Positions 26,318-39,482 of a DNA stretch of 64,000 bases are shown one piece after another. Made by a program: the position numbers and the translations under genes. Source of the DNA: Takakia lepidozioides (Eukaryota > Plantae > Bryophyta); NCBI GenBank assembly GCA_030704615.1, contig CM060734.1, forward strand, positions 51,398,001 through 51,462,000, written 5' to 3'. The notes under the pieces are model-generated. The model had not been told where the DNA came from, did no database searches, and saw nothing but the letters and a program-made list of their open reading frames with translations. Position 1 is the first letter of the stretch. Every line of letters begins with the position of its first letter.

Positions 26318-27113
26318 CTGTAAATGCCAGAGTGTTGGGGCTACCTTTAACCAGAACGTAACGCGGGTCACCGTACGCACCACCTTCTCCTTGATCACCA
26401 ACGAGTATAAAAGATATTTCTCAGTAGGAACCTGGACGTGGCAAAGCCCAATGGTGTCTTGATCAAAGCTTTCACCAGGGATGATCACAATGTCCCGAGA
26501 AGAGAAACAAAACAAGTGCTGCGGGACACCAGTAATGGATTGTTCCCATGAAAAATCGTCAGCAGACTGGTCAGCAGTCCAGGCAGGGCGAATGTTCGTC
26601 AGCGCCGCCGCACTTCCACCACGAATGAGCTCCCAAAAACGGTAGCCGCTAGGAACCTTGGGGTGCAGGAAGCTCTCAAGATTGTTGGTGCGATCTTGGG
26701 TGACAACAAACTTGGGAACGCCAATCTGCGGCCAAGTAATCAGCTTGCCATGTCCAAGTCGCTCACGGATGACCGTGCGAGGTAAGCACTTGGCTATCTC
26801 TCTCGCATGCAGCCTCTGCAGCAATCTGCCAACAAAGGCACCCTGCTTGGCTTTAGCGATCTTGCGACGTTGTTCGCGCTTCTCGCCTTTAGAATGTACG
26901 TCTTTGCGAGCTTCATCCACAGCAGTTTGTTCAAATTTTTCTATCCAGTAATCAGAGGGAACATCAAGCGGGATCTCTGCATCCCCTCTCACAGGTGGCT
27001 CTCCTTCGTAAGGCTTAAGCACATCAGGCGACGCGAGGTCACGTGCAACACCCCAGCTTCAAACGAATCGTCTTCAACCTCAAAGGAAGCAGCATTACTC
27101 GAACTGGATGCCA
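26318..27113 (-). other. Orphan ORF remnant, truncated by the retroelement end
   Basis: About 230 open codons (26318-27022) with no family recognised; possible frameshifted start MASSSSNAA near 27113. Confidence 0.3.
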
Positions 27114-27733
27114 TGGCCGTTGCGCACACAGTGTTCACTCACAAGGTAGGAAGACACAACACTAGCAGCAACAACATACGCAGGGTGGATCAAATGATTG
27201 CGCAGGGTGGATTGCGCCGCCATTTTCCTAGATCTCCCGTACAGCCGTTGCTGCACCATAGCCACACCGAACCTAGGTTATCTGCACTAGAACACCTGAG
27301 CCGTCAGATTACAATGCAAAAAAAAAATTGCCCCCCATCTCCACCAAATTTCTCTACCCAGGGGATATTCCCTTATCCTCTACGAGTTTGGGCGCTGAAA
27401 CGGGGAAGTTAGCCAGTAAAGCACGCCAAGCTAAATGGGAAGGATCCCTTGCTAGAGGAACCCCACACGTGGGCCAATCAAATCACATACAGGGGCATCA
27501 AGTGCAACACATCCAAACAGCAGGCTCATCCAGGTACACTATTACCATCACACAAAAACATCCTTCGTCTGGCATAAGCCAACCGCTTTTTATATTAAAG
27601 AAAGGGCTAATCTTAAATGGCAAATGGTGGCTTCTCATTAGCTGCCAGGATTGTTTTAAGTTTCTCCCACACATCAGCAGCCACCCTGTCGGATTAGGTT
27701 ACGGTTGGAATGAGACAAGGGCCTAGGCTAACA

Positions 27734-28804
27734 CTTGGGGGATGCACCTCAGCCAACCTGTACCAGCCACGTGCGTGCACAGGAGGGGGTATTTTTAACC
27801 CCCCATGTACAACATTATACATACATAGGGGGGGTAAGCAACACCTTAAATATAAGTCTACAGCAAGGGGTTAGCATGATTAGGAGGATAGCGTAGTGGT
27901 AAGGGTCACCATTGTCTTGACTTTCATCACGGGTTCAAATCTCACGATGTTTTGAATTTTTCAAAAACTTTGAAAATATGTATATATCACAATGCAGATT
28001 TGAGCTCAAGATCACCTACACACCACAACCAACTCCATACCACTATGCTGGTCCACGATTCTTAAAACAAATGTTATGTTAAACAGTAATATACAATAAA
28101 GACAATATTTTGTTTTGTATCATTGTTGAGATCTCCCCGACCGCGGGGCCAGCCCTGGTGTTTGGTACCATTGGAAAGCCCTCGATGAGGAGGGGTGCAC
28201 TGGCTTGGTCTCATAATTTTGGAACTTGCGGTGTGGGAGATATGAATTTCAAGTACTTTTGGTCGTTGGGAACTCGCAAAAAATAGCAAAATGGGCTTTC
28301 TTGCAACAATTACTGGTCCTTTATCTATCCTTTGTACACGGGGACATAAATGTAAATAATTGGGTTTTGTTTTCAAATATGGCATAAACACAATATTGTT
28401 TGTAGGGTCCTTGAGATCTCCCAAACCGCAAGGCCTCTAGCCACGATTTTGGTACCGTTGGAAAGCCCTCAATGAGTAGGGATGCACCGACTTGGTTTCA
28501 TAAAATTTGGACTTACATAGTAGTGCAGGCCGAGGTCTGTTTTTAAATGAATAAACTTGATATAAAAAAAATACATATATATATTTGAGGGTTTTTAATG
28601 ATTCAAAAAAGAAATATACATACAGCAGGGGATACTTTTTAAAATTTTAAAATTTCTATATATTTACAGGAGGGGATTTTATAATCTTCAAAATGTATGT
28701 ACAGATGGGGTATAAATGATCCAAGGACCCGTATACAGGGGGTTTTTTTATTAGGCGGCGAACGCACGTGATACGGACATTTTATAAAGAGTGCACCCCC
28801 CACG
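27734..28804. mobile_element. Non-autonomous TIR DNA transposon, 8-bp TSD (hAT-like)
   Basis: TSD GGCTAACA (27726-27733, 28805-28812) and imperfect TIRs CTTGGGGGATGCAC / GTGCACCCCCCACG. The empty site is visible in the 14160-14646 copy. Confidence 0.9.
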
Positions 28805-30443
28805 GGCTAACATTAGGCACATTTAATTAGCTACACCAACCGCCCTGCTTTTCATCCAGCCAACGAACAGAAGAGCATCTGCAACAGGTGGAATACTCCA
28901 TCTTACAGGAAGACCGTGCTCATCTTGAGCCTCGTCCCCATTTTCTTCCAAAGTGCCCTCCAAAATTTACTTTATCTACAAGATCACGTGTTTACAAAAT
29001 AAAAAAGTTTATGTTGGTCAAATTGTAAACCATTCTTAAAGGTTTTTATAAACCAGCATAAACCACCTAACATGATGTTTTTAATTTATCCTTTATTGAT
29101 AATTTTGTTCTATAATTACTTGTTAGCACAACAGATTGTAACTAAGCCAATAGATTAGAAGCTCGATACTATATTTCAAGTCTAGATATATATAAAAATG
29201 GTTATAATAGAGTTTTTGGTCGTCCAACATTATGTTAAAAATAATAGCTTTTGAAATTTTAGTTAAAATGATTCATATATTTTCTTATATTGTATTTAGA
29301 CAATGTTGTACATAATATAAGTACTTTTTCAATAGACATTTTATTATTATTCTCAAAATTATCAGACACATTATCTCAATTTAAGTTATTACACTATTAG
29401 CATGCCCCTTGAATATTGCATCATTTCAATAAATATATCAAATCTATTGTATATATAATATTCAAGCATGATATCAAAGTAGTATATGTAAACTAAATAT
29501 TATTGATACTAAATTATAATATATATTATATAACTAAAAATTGTATTACATAAGTATATAAATACAAGATTCTCCAGGGAAATCCCTTGGAGGACCGGGA
29601 TGGGGGCTCCGCGTTTCGCGGTGAGAGCGAGGCCCAACGGTCGCTTCGTCTCTCTCAGGTGGTCTCTCTCTACCGATCGTCGGCTGAAGCAGGGCCTCCC
29701 CGGAAGCAAATGGAGTCCAAGCTTTAAACACATGGTTTGTATGATTTTCTAAATACATTTAAGCCTTTTTCGCTTATCTTTTGGTGACCACCTCAACATC
29801 CCATCGGTTCATCCTATACCTGCCCTGTCTCATTCATCATTCCGTGCGTGTTCCGCCGCCTCAGCCTCTTAACTTTGCTTCCCCCCTCTCGGTTGCCGGC
29901 TGATATTAATGACGTTTTGAGCTGTCTCTTTCACTCCACTTGGAGCTAACTCACCCCCCCCCGGCTATGCTACGAGGTGGTTGCTGGCCTTGTGTTCATA
30001 CAAACTCCAGATCCACTCGGCTGCCCTGCTAATTTCCGCAGTAGATCCATCAGAGAGTCTTCAGCGCGTTTTGAGCTATCCCAGTCACTCCACTTGGAGC
30101 CAACGCTTAGCGCTTCTCCCCCCCCCCCCCGGGCTCTCATTACGAGGTAGCTAGTGGCCTTGTGTTATGGTGTTATTGTGTGGCTTGGGTTCATCCTAGC
30201 TCCAGATGCTCTCGGCTTCCCTGTTAATTTCCGCAGTAGAACCATCTGTGAGTTTGCATTGTCGGTTTAATTCTCCTTATTCAATCTGACTGCTTCTTCC
30301 TTTCTAGTCTAGTTCTCGGTGCTCAATTTGGCTACCTTAATTGCTTTCCTGCTTTCTCCTCTCTAGCAGTTTGCAGTTCAGTCGTTACTACCTCTCTTAG
30401 AGTCCCTGATCCTTCCCCGACACCTCTCTCTGTGTTGCGTGCC

Positions 30444-33178
30444 ATGGCGCTGAATTCCATGTTCCATCGCTCCAAGTCCTCAGACTGGCCGCGTCGCCAG
30501 TCGGGTCACTCAAGTAGGCACCCGCCTAATGGGTCCCAGCCAAGCTCAAGTCGGGGCTTCTACTAGGCCCACCAGGGAAGATCGACCAGCTCAAGGCAAA
30601 TTTACAGGCCTAAGCAAATCCCGCCACCTTCGACGGATCTGCCCCCGAAAGTCCACAGCAGTGAGGCAAGGCCCCCGCACATCCTGGAGCAGTGCCTCTC
30701 CCCTCCAGTACCAGAAGAAGAGGAGTTTTTCATTGACCCCCTGGAGGAGTAGCGAGCAATGAGCAATGTCTTTCCCCTTATCAAGATGGATATACAAGAT
30801 CTGCACATCAGAATCCCAGGTATGGAGAAGTCTGGTATCTTACTACACTTTCCGGGCAGGAAGGTCAAGAGATCCTACGTGAGGGACTAGGCGATCCACT
30901 ACCTTGGGGGCCCGGGTGAGCTTAACCACCACTTCTGCATTGCCAAAGGAAGGGGTTTCTTTTCAGTGATGTTTGAATCGGTGGCTGCGGCAGCTAAGGC
31001 CCTGCAATTCAACCCGCATCAGAAGGGGTTTAACGTAAATATCTTCCCTTGGTCGTCTAAGCTGGGCAACAAGAACGACAAGTTGTGGGGACCTAGAGTC
31101 GTTTCTATTCCTTTTATCCCAGATCAGTACCTGGCAAATCTACCAGACATTGCAAACCATTTTGGAGAGTACTTGGGCTGTCTGGGGGTATTTGATCCTC
31201 TCATGAACACTGATGTCCTCAGCAAAATGCCATCATGGAAATCTGCCACCATCGCAACAAAAATGAATGAAGATGGTTGTCCTAAAATGGTGCTGATGAT
31301 GCCTTACGAAGCAGTGCTGCCAGACTATGTGTGACTGCCAATCGATACTAAAGGGAACTACTTCACAATTCGGCTGATTGAAGATGCATCTTACTCAGCA
31401 TGCTTTGGCTGTGGGAAGCATGGACACATCAAGGTGAGATGCCCTTTTAGTAAGAGGAAAAGGTCCCCAGTTGTAGGGCCCGCGGCTAACCCACACGCCT
31501 CTTCTCAGTTCCTTCCTACCTCTCTCTCTCCGCGCCTCCTTCCTCTTCCATCTAACCCCCCCTTCCCCTCGCACTCTCTATTGTCTCCAACCCCATCTCT
31601 ATCTGCTGATCTTCTGCAGTTTAGCCCAGTACACATTGCCAAAAAGCAAAAAGACCCCTTGGATCCTATGCATCTAGAGGCTAGCTGCTCACTGTCTGCC
31701 CCTCCTGTCGCCCATAAGGATCCCCCTCTCGTCACAGCGCAGGCCTCCAATCCCCCTCCACCCCCCCGCAGTTCCTTCTTCCCATGAGGTGGACCCAGCT
31801 ATGAAGCTCTCTCCTTCAACGATTGCAGGCAGTCCGATGGTGGCCATTGTTCTAAAATCCATTCAGTCATTCCAAGACCTGGTGTTGCCAGGTTGCTCAG
31901 CCTTGTCCACCAACGAGGCTCCCAAAGCCTCTTGTGTTACCCCCATCGTCTTCAAAATAGGCCCCCCAGCCTCAATTCTCATTACATCTGAAGATAGGCA
32001 TGATCTGGAATCTCTGTGGATCACCAATCAGGACGTGTTAAGTTTCATTGAAAAGTGTCCCCCCAACAGTAGCCCTCAGTGCATGCTCATGGCTTAAATA
32101 CATGATTTTTTTGCCAATCATCTACCGTGCTATCTCATTTCTCCATCCTCGTCCATCACCTGGGGGGCGTATGTGGAAGAACACCCTTATTTGAACTGCA
32201 GGCCTAACACCCAGGTGCTGGCTCTAATGGAGGATGCAGACATCTACCACACCCCCCCAGGCAGGTCTTGGTGGATCAGGGAGGACTGCTTGGGGAAACC
32301 TTGGGGCACGCAGCCAGCCCACATCAGGGCAAAGGATGTGCTATCTAATGCCTTTACCCTTCTCTCCAGGCTGTTGGACCAACGTTTGACATATATTAAC
32401 CACCAGGATGATCTGCAGAGGACAAGAGATCACCTCAGAGGGATTCCCTCTGAATCATCTTCTTCAAGTGGCTCCCCTGGGGTGCAAACACAGGCAAAAG
32501 ATAAGGAGGCCCCACCCCGAGTGGAGCCCCTGGACCAATTGAGCCAAATCAAGAGCCAATCTGCAGAAGACAATCGGAGGTCAGCCAATATGTTCCCTAC
32601 CATCCAAGAAGTTCAGGCGGCAATTGGCTCTTTCTCCATACCATCGGCTTCCCCTCACCTGGCCCCCCCGCCAGCTGCCTCCTTTGAGGCGGGTTCTCCT
32701 ATCTCTAAGGTAAGTCCCCAGCCCTTGCCATTCTTTCTGTTCCAGGCTAACTCAAAGGATAGGAGGAGATGTTGGGTTCTATGTATCCGCCCGTCTATTG
32801 ATGCTAGGCATTCCGCCAGGAAAACCCTCCCGGTTATCAACCTACCCATAGATGCATCACCCTCGGACCTCTCTTGCCTCTCTGACCTCTATCACCCTCC
32901 CATCCTTAGCACTAGCAACTCAGCCTTTTTCAAAAAACTTCTCAAAATCCCTCTTGTTTGGCAACAACCCCGCACCCAGATCAGATAATTCCAAATTCTC
33001 ATGTGGATACCTCCCACCTCATCAAATCCTAAAAAGACCTCCCTCACCTCCCAGATCTTACATTTGGGTCAACAGCCTCCTCCCCTCTGATAAGAGGGTT
33101 AAATTCAAGTGTTTAAGCCAGAGGCCATCAAATGAGATTGATCATCTCAGCCTTGCCTTTCATCCCCATGTTGATTGA
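30444..33178 (+). pseudogene. LINE ORF1 with CCHC knuckle
   Basis: KGRGFFSVMFES RRM-like segment; CFGCGKHGHIKVRC at 31401-31442; Pro/Ser-rich tail; several stops. Confidence 0.7.
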
Positions 33179-33179
33179 C

Positions 33180-36100
33180 ATGGCTTCTTGGAACATCAGG
33201 GGCCTTGGGGCGGATAATGCTTCCCCAAAGCACGCTAGCGTCAAGTAGTTTCTAGCCCCTTATCTTCGGAAAGATGCAATTCTCTTCCTGCAAGAACACA
33301 AACTCGATCTAGGGAAAATCGCTTCTCTCTCAGACAATCTCTGGCCACGAGCAAACTCCCTATGGAAACCAACTTCTGAAGGTTCCAGAGGAGGCACCGC
33401 CATCTTGGTTTCCCCATCCCTCTTTCAATTTATTGTCTCAGAAGGCTCTTGGGTTCCAGGTAGAGTTCAGTACTGTGCCATAGACCTCCCAACCAACGGT
33501 GGCCGGCTGGGGTTAATTAATATCTATGCTCCGAACTCGCCGGCAGGAAGGGCTCAGCTCTAGGAGTCCATAAACACCAACATGAAACTAAAACAGGACA
33601 TATATTTCTGGATGCTGGCAGGGGACTTCAATATGGTTGAGTCTCCTTCCGACAGACGGGGTCTTGGTCAGTTTAACCTAGACGTGACAGAGACTCAACA
33701 CTGGCACTCCCTCACCCTCAACCACAATTTGGTGGAAATAGAAATGGTGAACCGGGGGCCTCCGCCCCCCTCAGGCCCTATCTTCACTTGGTCAAATAAC
33801 AGAGCCCTCGCCGATCTCCAAATGGCCAGATTGGACAGATTCTACGCCTCCTTGGACTGCATTCAATGGTCCCGGAGGCTACCTCAACAGCCCATCCACC
33901 CCGGCTTTGATCACGCCGTCATTGAGGCTTCATTGGATATTCCAAACACTCGCCCAAGGGGCAAAGGTCTTTACAAAATGAATGCCTCTCTGTTACAGAT
34001 CCCGTAGTTCGTACATGGCTTGCAGACAGCTTGGTCTTGGGCTGGCGCGGCCTTTCAGAACCCTTCAGATAGGTTCATGACCAAGCTCGTAGCGGTGGGG
34101 GCAGCTAGTCAGCAGATGAGTAGAGAGATTGCAGCCACTAGGAAAAGGAGGGTAGGGGCCCTCATCAAATGTCTCTCAGTCTGTCAAAGAAAAATGGAAT
34201 CTCCCCGCTGTGATCAGGAAACTTACGATACCTACCTGGAAGCAAAACAAAACTTGCAATTCTTCCAAGACCTGCAGGAGCAGAAGCTTAAGATGTCAAC
34301 AGGTGTTAACTGGTCATCCAAGGGAGAAAAAATGTCCAAGTATTTCTTTGCAAAAACCAGGCTTAGGAAGGCAGGGCAGACAATTTCTGAACTAGCTGAC
34401 AGAGCATCGGGACTGACATTCACAGACCCCAAACCCATGGTTTCATTCGCTGCCAGCCACTTTCAAACCCTCTTTAGGAGTGACAGGCCTGTAGAAGCAG
34501 CCATACTTGATGCTTGCTTGGCGCACTCCCCTCTTCTCATCGCCCCGCCTATAGTCAAGGCGGTGGAATTTTACAAAAACCTATGGCCTGACATCTCGCT
34601 TGACTTTGGGGCCATGGCCAACCACATCTTTCAGGCGAACCATATGCCAGGGAGCATGTCACAGGGAGTCATCTCTCTGATTTTCAAAAAGGGTGATAGG
34701 ACGGACTTAAGCAATTATAGGCCCATAACTCTCCTCAGTGTTGCTTATAAGATTATAGCCAAATGCTTGGCTCTACGTCTTCAGCCTCTGCTACCCTCAA
34801 TCATTAGACCTAGCCAGTCGGGCTTTATTAAGGGAAGATATATCATGGATAATATTCTTCTGGCACAGGAGCTTCCCTAATATGCCCTTCAAACACAGCA
34901 GGCGATTGTCCTAATCCTTCTAGACTTTGAGAAAGCGTTTAACAGGGTAGAATGGCCTTTCCTCATGGGCACCCTGACCAAGATCGGTGTGCCTCCCTCC
35001 TTTTGTCGATGGGTGCGCATTCTATTGAAGGGGTCAACCAGCAGGGTGATCATCAACGGTGCAGTGTCAATGCCATTCAACTTGTTTCGATCTGTCCGTC
35101 AAGGCTGCCCCTTGGCTCCTTTCCTTTTCATTATCGCCGCCGACACACTTGATTACATGCTACAAGCAGACACACAGATTCTGGGTCTTAGAATCACAAA
35201 CTACATAACTAATCAGCGTGCTTACATCAGGGAATCCATGTATGTAGATAATACTTTCCTTATGCTGCAAGCAAGCCAAACCAACCTGGACAGAACTGCA
35301 GCAACCTTGGAGAAGTTCTGCGAAGCTTCCGGTTTCAAGGTCAACTAGAACAAAACCTGTGCCATCCTCGCTGGTGATAAATCCAAATCCCTTCTGGGAC
35401 GAATGCCCTCTTGGGGCCAGGCCTGGGGCCTATCATGGCTGCAACCTAACCAGACGACAATGCTGCTAGGATACACCTATGGGCTGGATATCACCGATGA
35501 ACAATGATTCGCACCCATTCTTTCCAAGATTAAAAAAAACCTCACTTTCTGGGGCTGTAAGTTCCTCTCAATCACAGGTCGGGCACTTGTGGCCAACCAG
35601 ATTCTCTCAGCTGGCCTATGGTTCTACGCAACATCATGGCGCCCCTCTAAAAGGCAAATTGGAGAATATAAAGCCTTATTGCGGAATTTCATTTGGGGAG
35701 CTAGCAAAGTGGGCCAAAAAGTCAGGCCACAGGTCTCCTGGAGACAGATCTGCCAGCCAAAAAAACAGGGAGGACTGGGGGTTCTAGACCCGGAAATCCA
35801 AATTACAACACTCCTCGAAAAATGGCTGCCAAGATTCTTAGGCCCAGAAGGTGGCTGGTGGAAGTTTTTGGTGATGGGTAATCTGATGATGGCAAGTCCC
35901 CTAAAGACCTCTAGATGGCACCCCTCCATTCGCTGGATCACACAGGGATTCAAGCACAAAATGGTAGGATCGTCCCTTTGGAACGTCATCTGGAAAGCTT
36001 GGGCTACACTGAGACCTTTTCTTCGCAAAAAAGAGCCAGAAAAATTCGAGGAAACCCTCCACCAGCACCTTTTTTTGAACACCAACATGCCCACACAATC

Positions 36101-37382
36101 TGAAAAATTGCTAGCAAAAAAGTGGTTTGCCTGGGACAGCACGGGCATTAGTCAACTAAAACACCTGTGGTTGCCTACAGGCTTCCTACATATTGACACA
36201 ATCTGCCCTATTCTGGGGTCGATCAGAGCCAAGGCCGGGCTGCAGGCGGTCATAAATTCTACACCTCAAACCTGGTCCCTGTCGCTGCAGGCAGGACCAC
36301 TGACCCCCTCCACGAACTTCTGGACATTAGGAGTCATAAGCAACAGGCTCACCATCATTTTGGTGATTTCTGCCACGGATACTCACTTCTCAGGGTTCAC
36401 TTACCATATAAATCCCGAAACACTTGTGCTGACCTTGGTTTCGCACCCAAACCCTCTTCCCCCGTTTCTTTCATACCCCAGTGAGAATATGCAACTGGTC
36501 ATCTAAGTTCAAAGAGTTTGATCCCCAACCACCTCTTACCATGCCTGTCCTGTCCTGGCTCAATACCTCCACATTTGTTTGGATCCTGGGAAGACCTCTG
36601 GCGGACCTCCAGCTGGACCCCAAGGAATGGGATTGGTCCTTTGGCCGCATTGCATCACCCCTTCTTACCTACACCCCCAAGATGGCTTATAGGGCTCTTA
36701 ACAGACAGCCAGCCCTCTCCATTAAGTGGAATAGCAAATGGAGTCACTTTGGTTTCTTGAATGAGAACTGGTCAGCAATCTGGTCTTCCATCTGGCTAAA
36801 AATTAGGCCGGCCAAGATCTCAGCGTTTTTATGGCAAGTAGCGAACAGAGCCCTAAAAGTGGGAGAATGGCTGCAATTCCATGAAGCTCTTCTATGTCGA
36901 TGCTGCTCCTCGAGTATCATTGAATCTCATGAGCACTGCCTTCTGCCCTGTATTCTATAGACATTGGAGTCTCTCAAATATTGGCCCTCTGGATCTGCTA
37001 CTCAATTACAACAAAACAACCAAAGGCCGATCCTTTCCATGCCCGGTCTTCGAGACTCTTCGCGCTTCTACGTTTATGGCACCTATGGCGTGCTAGATAT
37101 AAAAAGACCTTTAGCAAGGAGACAATCAGTACCTCAGTTTTGTTGGCTATGGTGTACAAAGATCTTTTAATAGAGTCGAAAAAAGCTTGGGCAAAATGTG
37201 TTGCAGACTGTCATAGGACTCCAAGGCAGGCGCCAGCAATCCATGCATCATTCAGGACGACGTGGGCCTGCCATGGCGTCATTTGTCAAAGCGACGAGCA
37301 GGAACACTGCATTTGGAACACTCTCCCCCCTCAGAGCTGGAGAGACCTCAGAGCTCCACTCCACGGCCTCGCCGGAATTTGA
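33180..37382 (+). pseudogene. LINE ORF2 (AP endonuclease, reverse transcriptase, zf-RVT)
   Basis: SWNIRGL, FLQEHK, NIYAPN, GDFN, RLDRFY; NYRPITLL, QSGFIKGR, LDFEKAF, VRQGCPL, YVDN (degenerate YADD); CRCC..ESHEHC. Multiple stops and frameshifts. Confidence 0.93.
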
Positions 37383-39137
37383 GAGAGACGTGAACTGGAA
37401 ACACGTCAAGCACCCCGCCACTACTTCCAGGCTAAATTTTCGTTAAGTGTAGTTGTAGATTAGCTCCTCGATAATCTCAGCTGCAGGCTTAACTTTTTGG
37501 AAGTCTCTCGGTCAGGGCTAGGTTGTTGTGAGAGGTTCGCTCTCTTTCAGCACACTGCTGCACTTTAGCAGCAGGGAATGGATCTCCCTTCACTGACTAC
37601 AGTGTGTAGTCCTCATGGTGCAAAAGGGGTTTTATTTTTTTTCCCCTCGATCTGGAATAAATGCAATATTTAAAGTTAAAAAATACAATATATAAAATTA
37701 GGAATACTTAAATAACTAAATTTTAATATTAAAATATAAAATATTTTCCAATAAACAGCAATCAGTTATCAACGACATTAACCCTTAAGTTCCCATGCCC
37801 TTTTTTGACTTTTTACCAATTTTGGGTACCCAACTACAGTAAATTGCCCCTAGAAACCTACCAAAAATCATCCAGAGATTCCAGCCTTATAGTAGTGGGC
37901 CCAGCTCATTTATGCATGACATACCAAAAAATGAGCCAAGTCCATCGTGGAAATTGTGAGATTATAGCGTTCATAACATATATGTGGAAGTGCTAAAGTC
38001 TCCCTCAAACCTTGCCACTAGGAGCGTATCTAGCAATGAAAGATACTTTAAAACGTATCTTATATTGTGGGATGTTTGCACGAAACCTGTTGAACCTTCA
38101 ACAACCGGTCACAAAATCCAAAAATGACCGGCTCTCGCCGGTCATCCCTGTGCATGCCAAGGTATTTAATGCACTGCATTCAAACAATTCAAATGAAAAC
38201 ACTACATTATAATGACACCTAACCAGTACAATTGTTTGTCTTATTAACTTATCATAATGATGCACCATGCATACACACAAAAGTCAATGCGTATTAATGA
38301 TATCTCATCCACCTAATATGCAATGCATAACCATTTACCATCCAAAATCCAACGGCCGTTCCATTCCGTCCAACGGTGCATGTCCCTTACCATCCAAAGT
38401 CCAACGGTTGCACAACCATTTACCATCCAAAACCCAATGGCCATTCCATTCCGTCCAACGGTGCATCTCCCTTACCATCCAAAGTTTAACGGTGGTTTGC
38501 AACGGTGCACGCTTGCGTCCAACGGATGGTAGTCTTTACCCAATGGACGATAAATTTTAATAGATCTTTCATAACATTAATTGCTAGGGGCTAATTGCAC
38601 ACTATAAGAATTGCAAGCCCTCACATACCACCTACGTAAGTGGTTGTGGGTTCAATCCACCCTTGGTGTCACAAAGGTGTCCACCTTCCTAATGGAAGAC
38701 AATAACCCTTCGGGATGAAGAGACGCCATAATTTATGCTTCCTTCGGGAGGCGTCAAATATTTAATATTTAATATTATGAATCAAACAATACTTTTAGGG
38801 TTTAGGCGATATCATGGATCAACCCTTTCATTACTTTATTACTGATTGTATTGAGTCCATATACCTCCAATGATATGTGAACGACTTAAAATATATATTA
38901 TCAATTGAATGGGCATTTGTTCGAGCATGGTCAGTGCACCTATTCAATAGTTGCTTGAATATGTAAAATGTTACATATTCAATGTTGGATGGGACACGAT
39001 GAATCTCATTCATTCTCTGGTTCGAACCAGTATTGTACTGGTATGTCCATTTTAACATACCAGGCTGGTCATGGTATGCCTAATGGACCTTTAAGGCCAA
39101 TATGGTAGAGCCCAGTGCAGATCCACAGTGGCCGCGT

Positions 39138-39465
39138 TGTCAAGTTATTTTACCACTAGTGTGAAAACTAGCTAGGAAATAGCTAGCTTTTACATATTGA
39201 CATTTGGGATTGGCCCAAGTGTCAATCCAGGGGTCAAAGCAGATTTAGGCCCTGGAGTGGTTATCTTCACGGCAAGCGCGGGAGGCTCATCTTTCTCGAG
39301 TTGAGCCTCACCGCGCCTAGCTATGGCGCCGTAGTGTGGATTCCCCATGGCGTGGGGTGCACTTGGCTTGACTTGTATTTGAGTGATGAGGTTATATATG
39401 CATGAGTTTATGCTTCAGCTTTGTGAGCTCGCATGAGCTTGTGCTTGTATTCTTCTTCTTTATCA
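39138..39465 (+). repeat. Terminal repeat A1 (matches A2 51177-51503; one extra A noticed)
   Basis: tgtcaagttattttaccac...ttcttctttatca present twice. Confidence 0.95.
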
Positions 39466-39482
39466 CTCGAGAAAGATGAGCC
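39465..39482 (+). promoter_or_regulatory. Self-priming primer-binding site complementary to repeat A
   Basis: ACTCGAGAAAGATGAGCC is the exact reverse complement of GGCTCATCTTTCTCGAGT (39284-39301). There is no TGG-starting tRNA PBS. Confidence 0.85.

Larger units (their letters stand above)
29760..37683 (+). mobile_element. Near full-length L1/Tx1-type LINE, degenerate (ends approximate)
   Basis: 5' UTR with a duplicated monomer, ORF1, ORF2, AATAAA and an A-rich tail near 37655-37683. Inserted in AT-rich DNA. Confidence 0.9.

Noticed and set aside
26318-26560. dUTPase-like motif (RDIVIIPGES)
   Set aside because: The other conserved dUTPase motifs are not visible.
27883-27943. tRNA gene
   Set aside because: A-box and B-box-like motifs are present, but there is no convincing acceptor stem or anticodon arm, and it sits inside a TIR element.
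29570-29725. GC-rich island as a structured ncRNA
   Set aside because: No recognisable RNA family motifs; more likely a short retroelement remnant.
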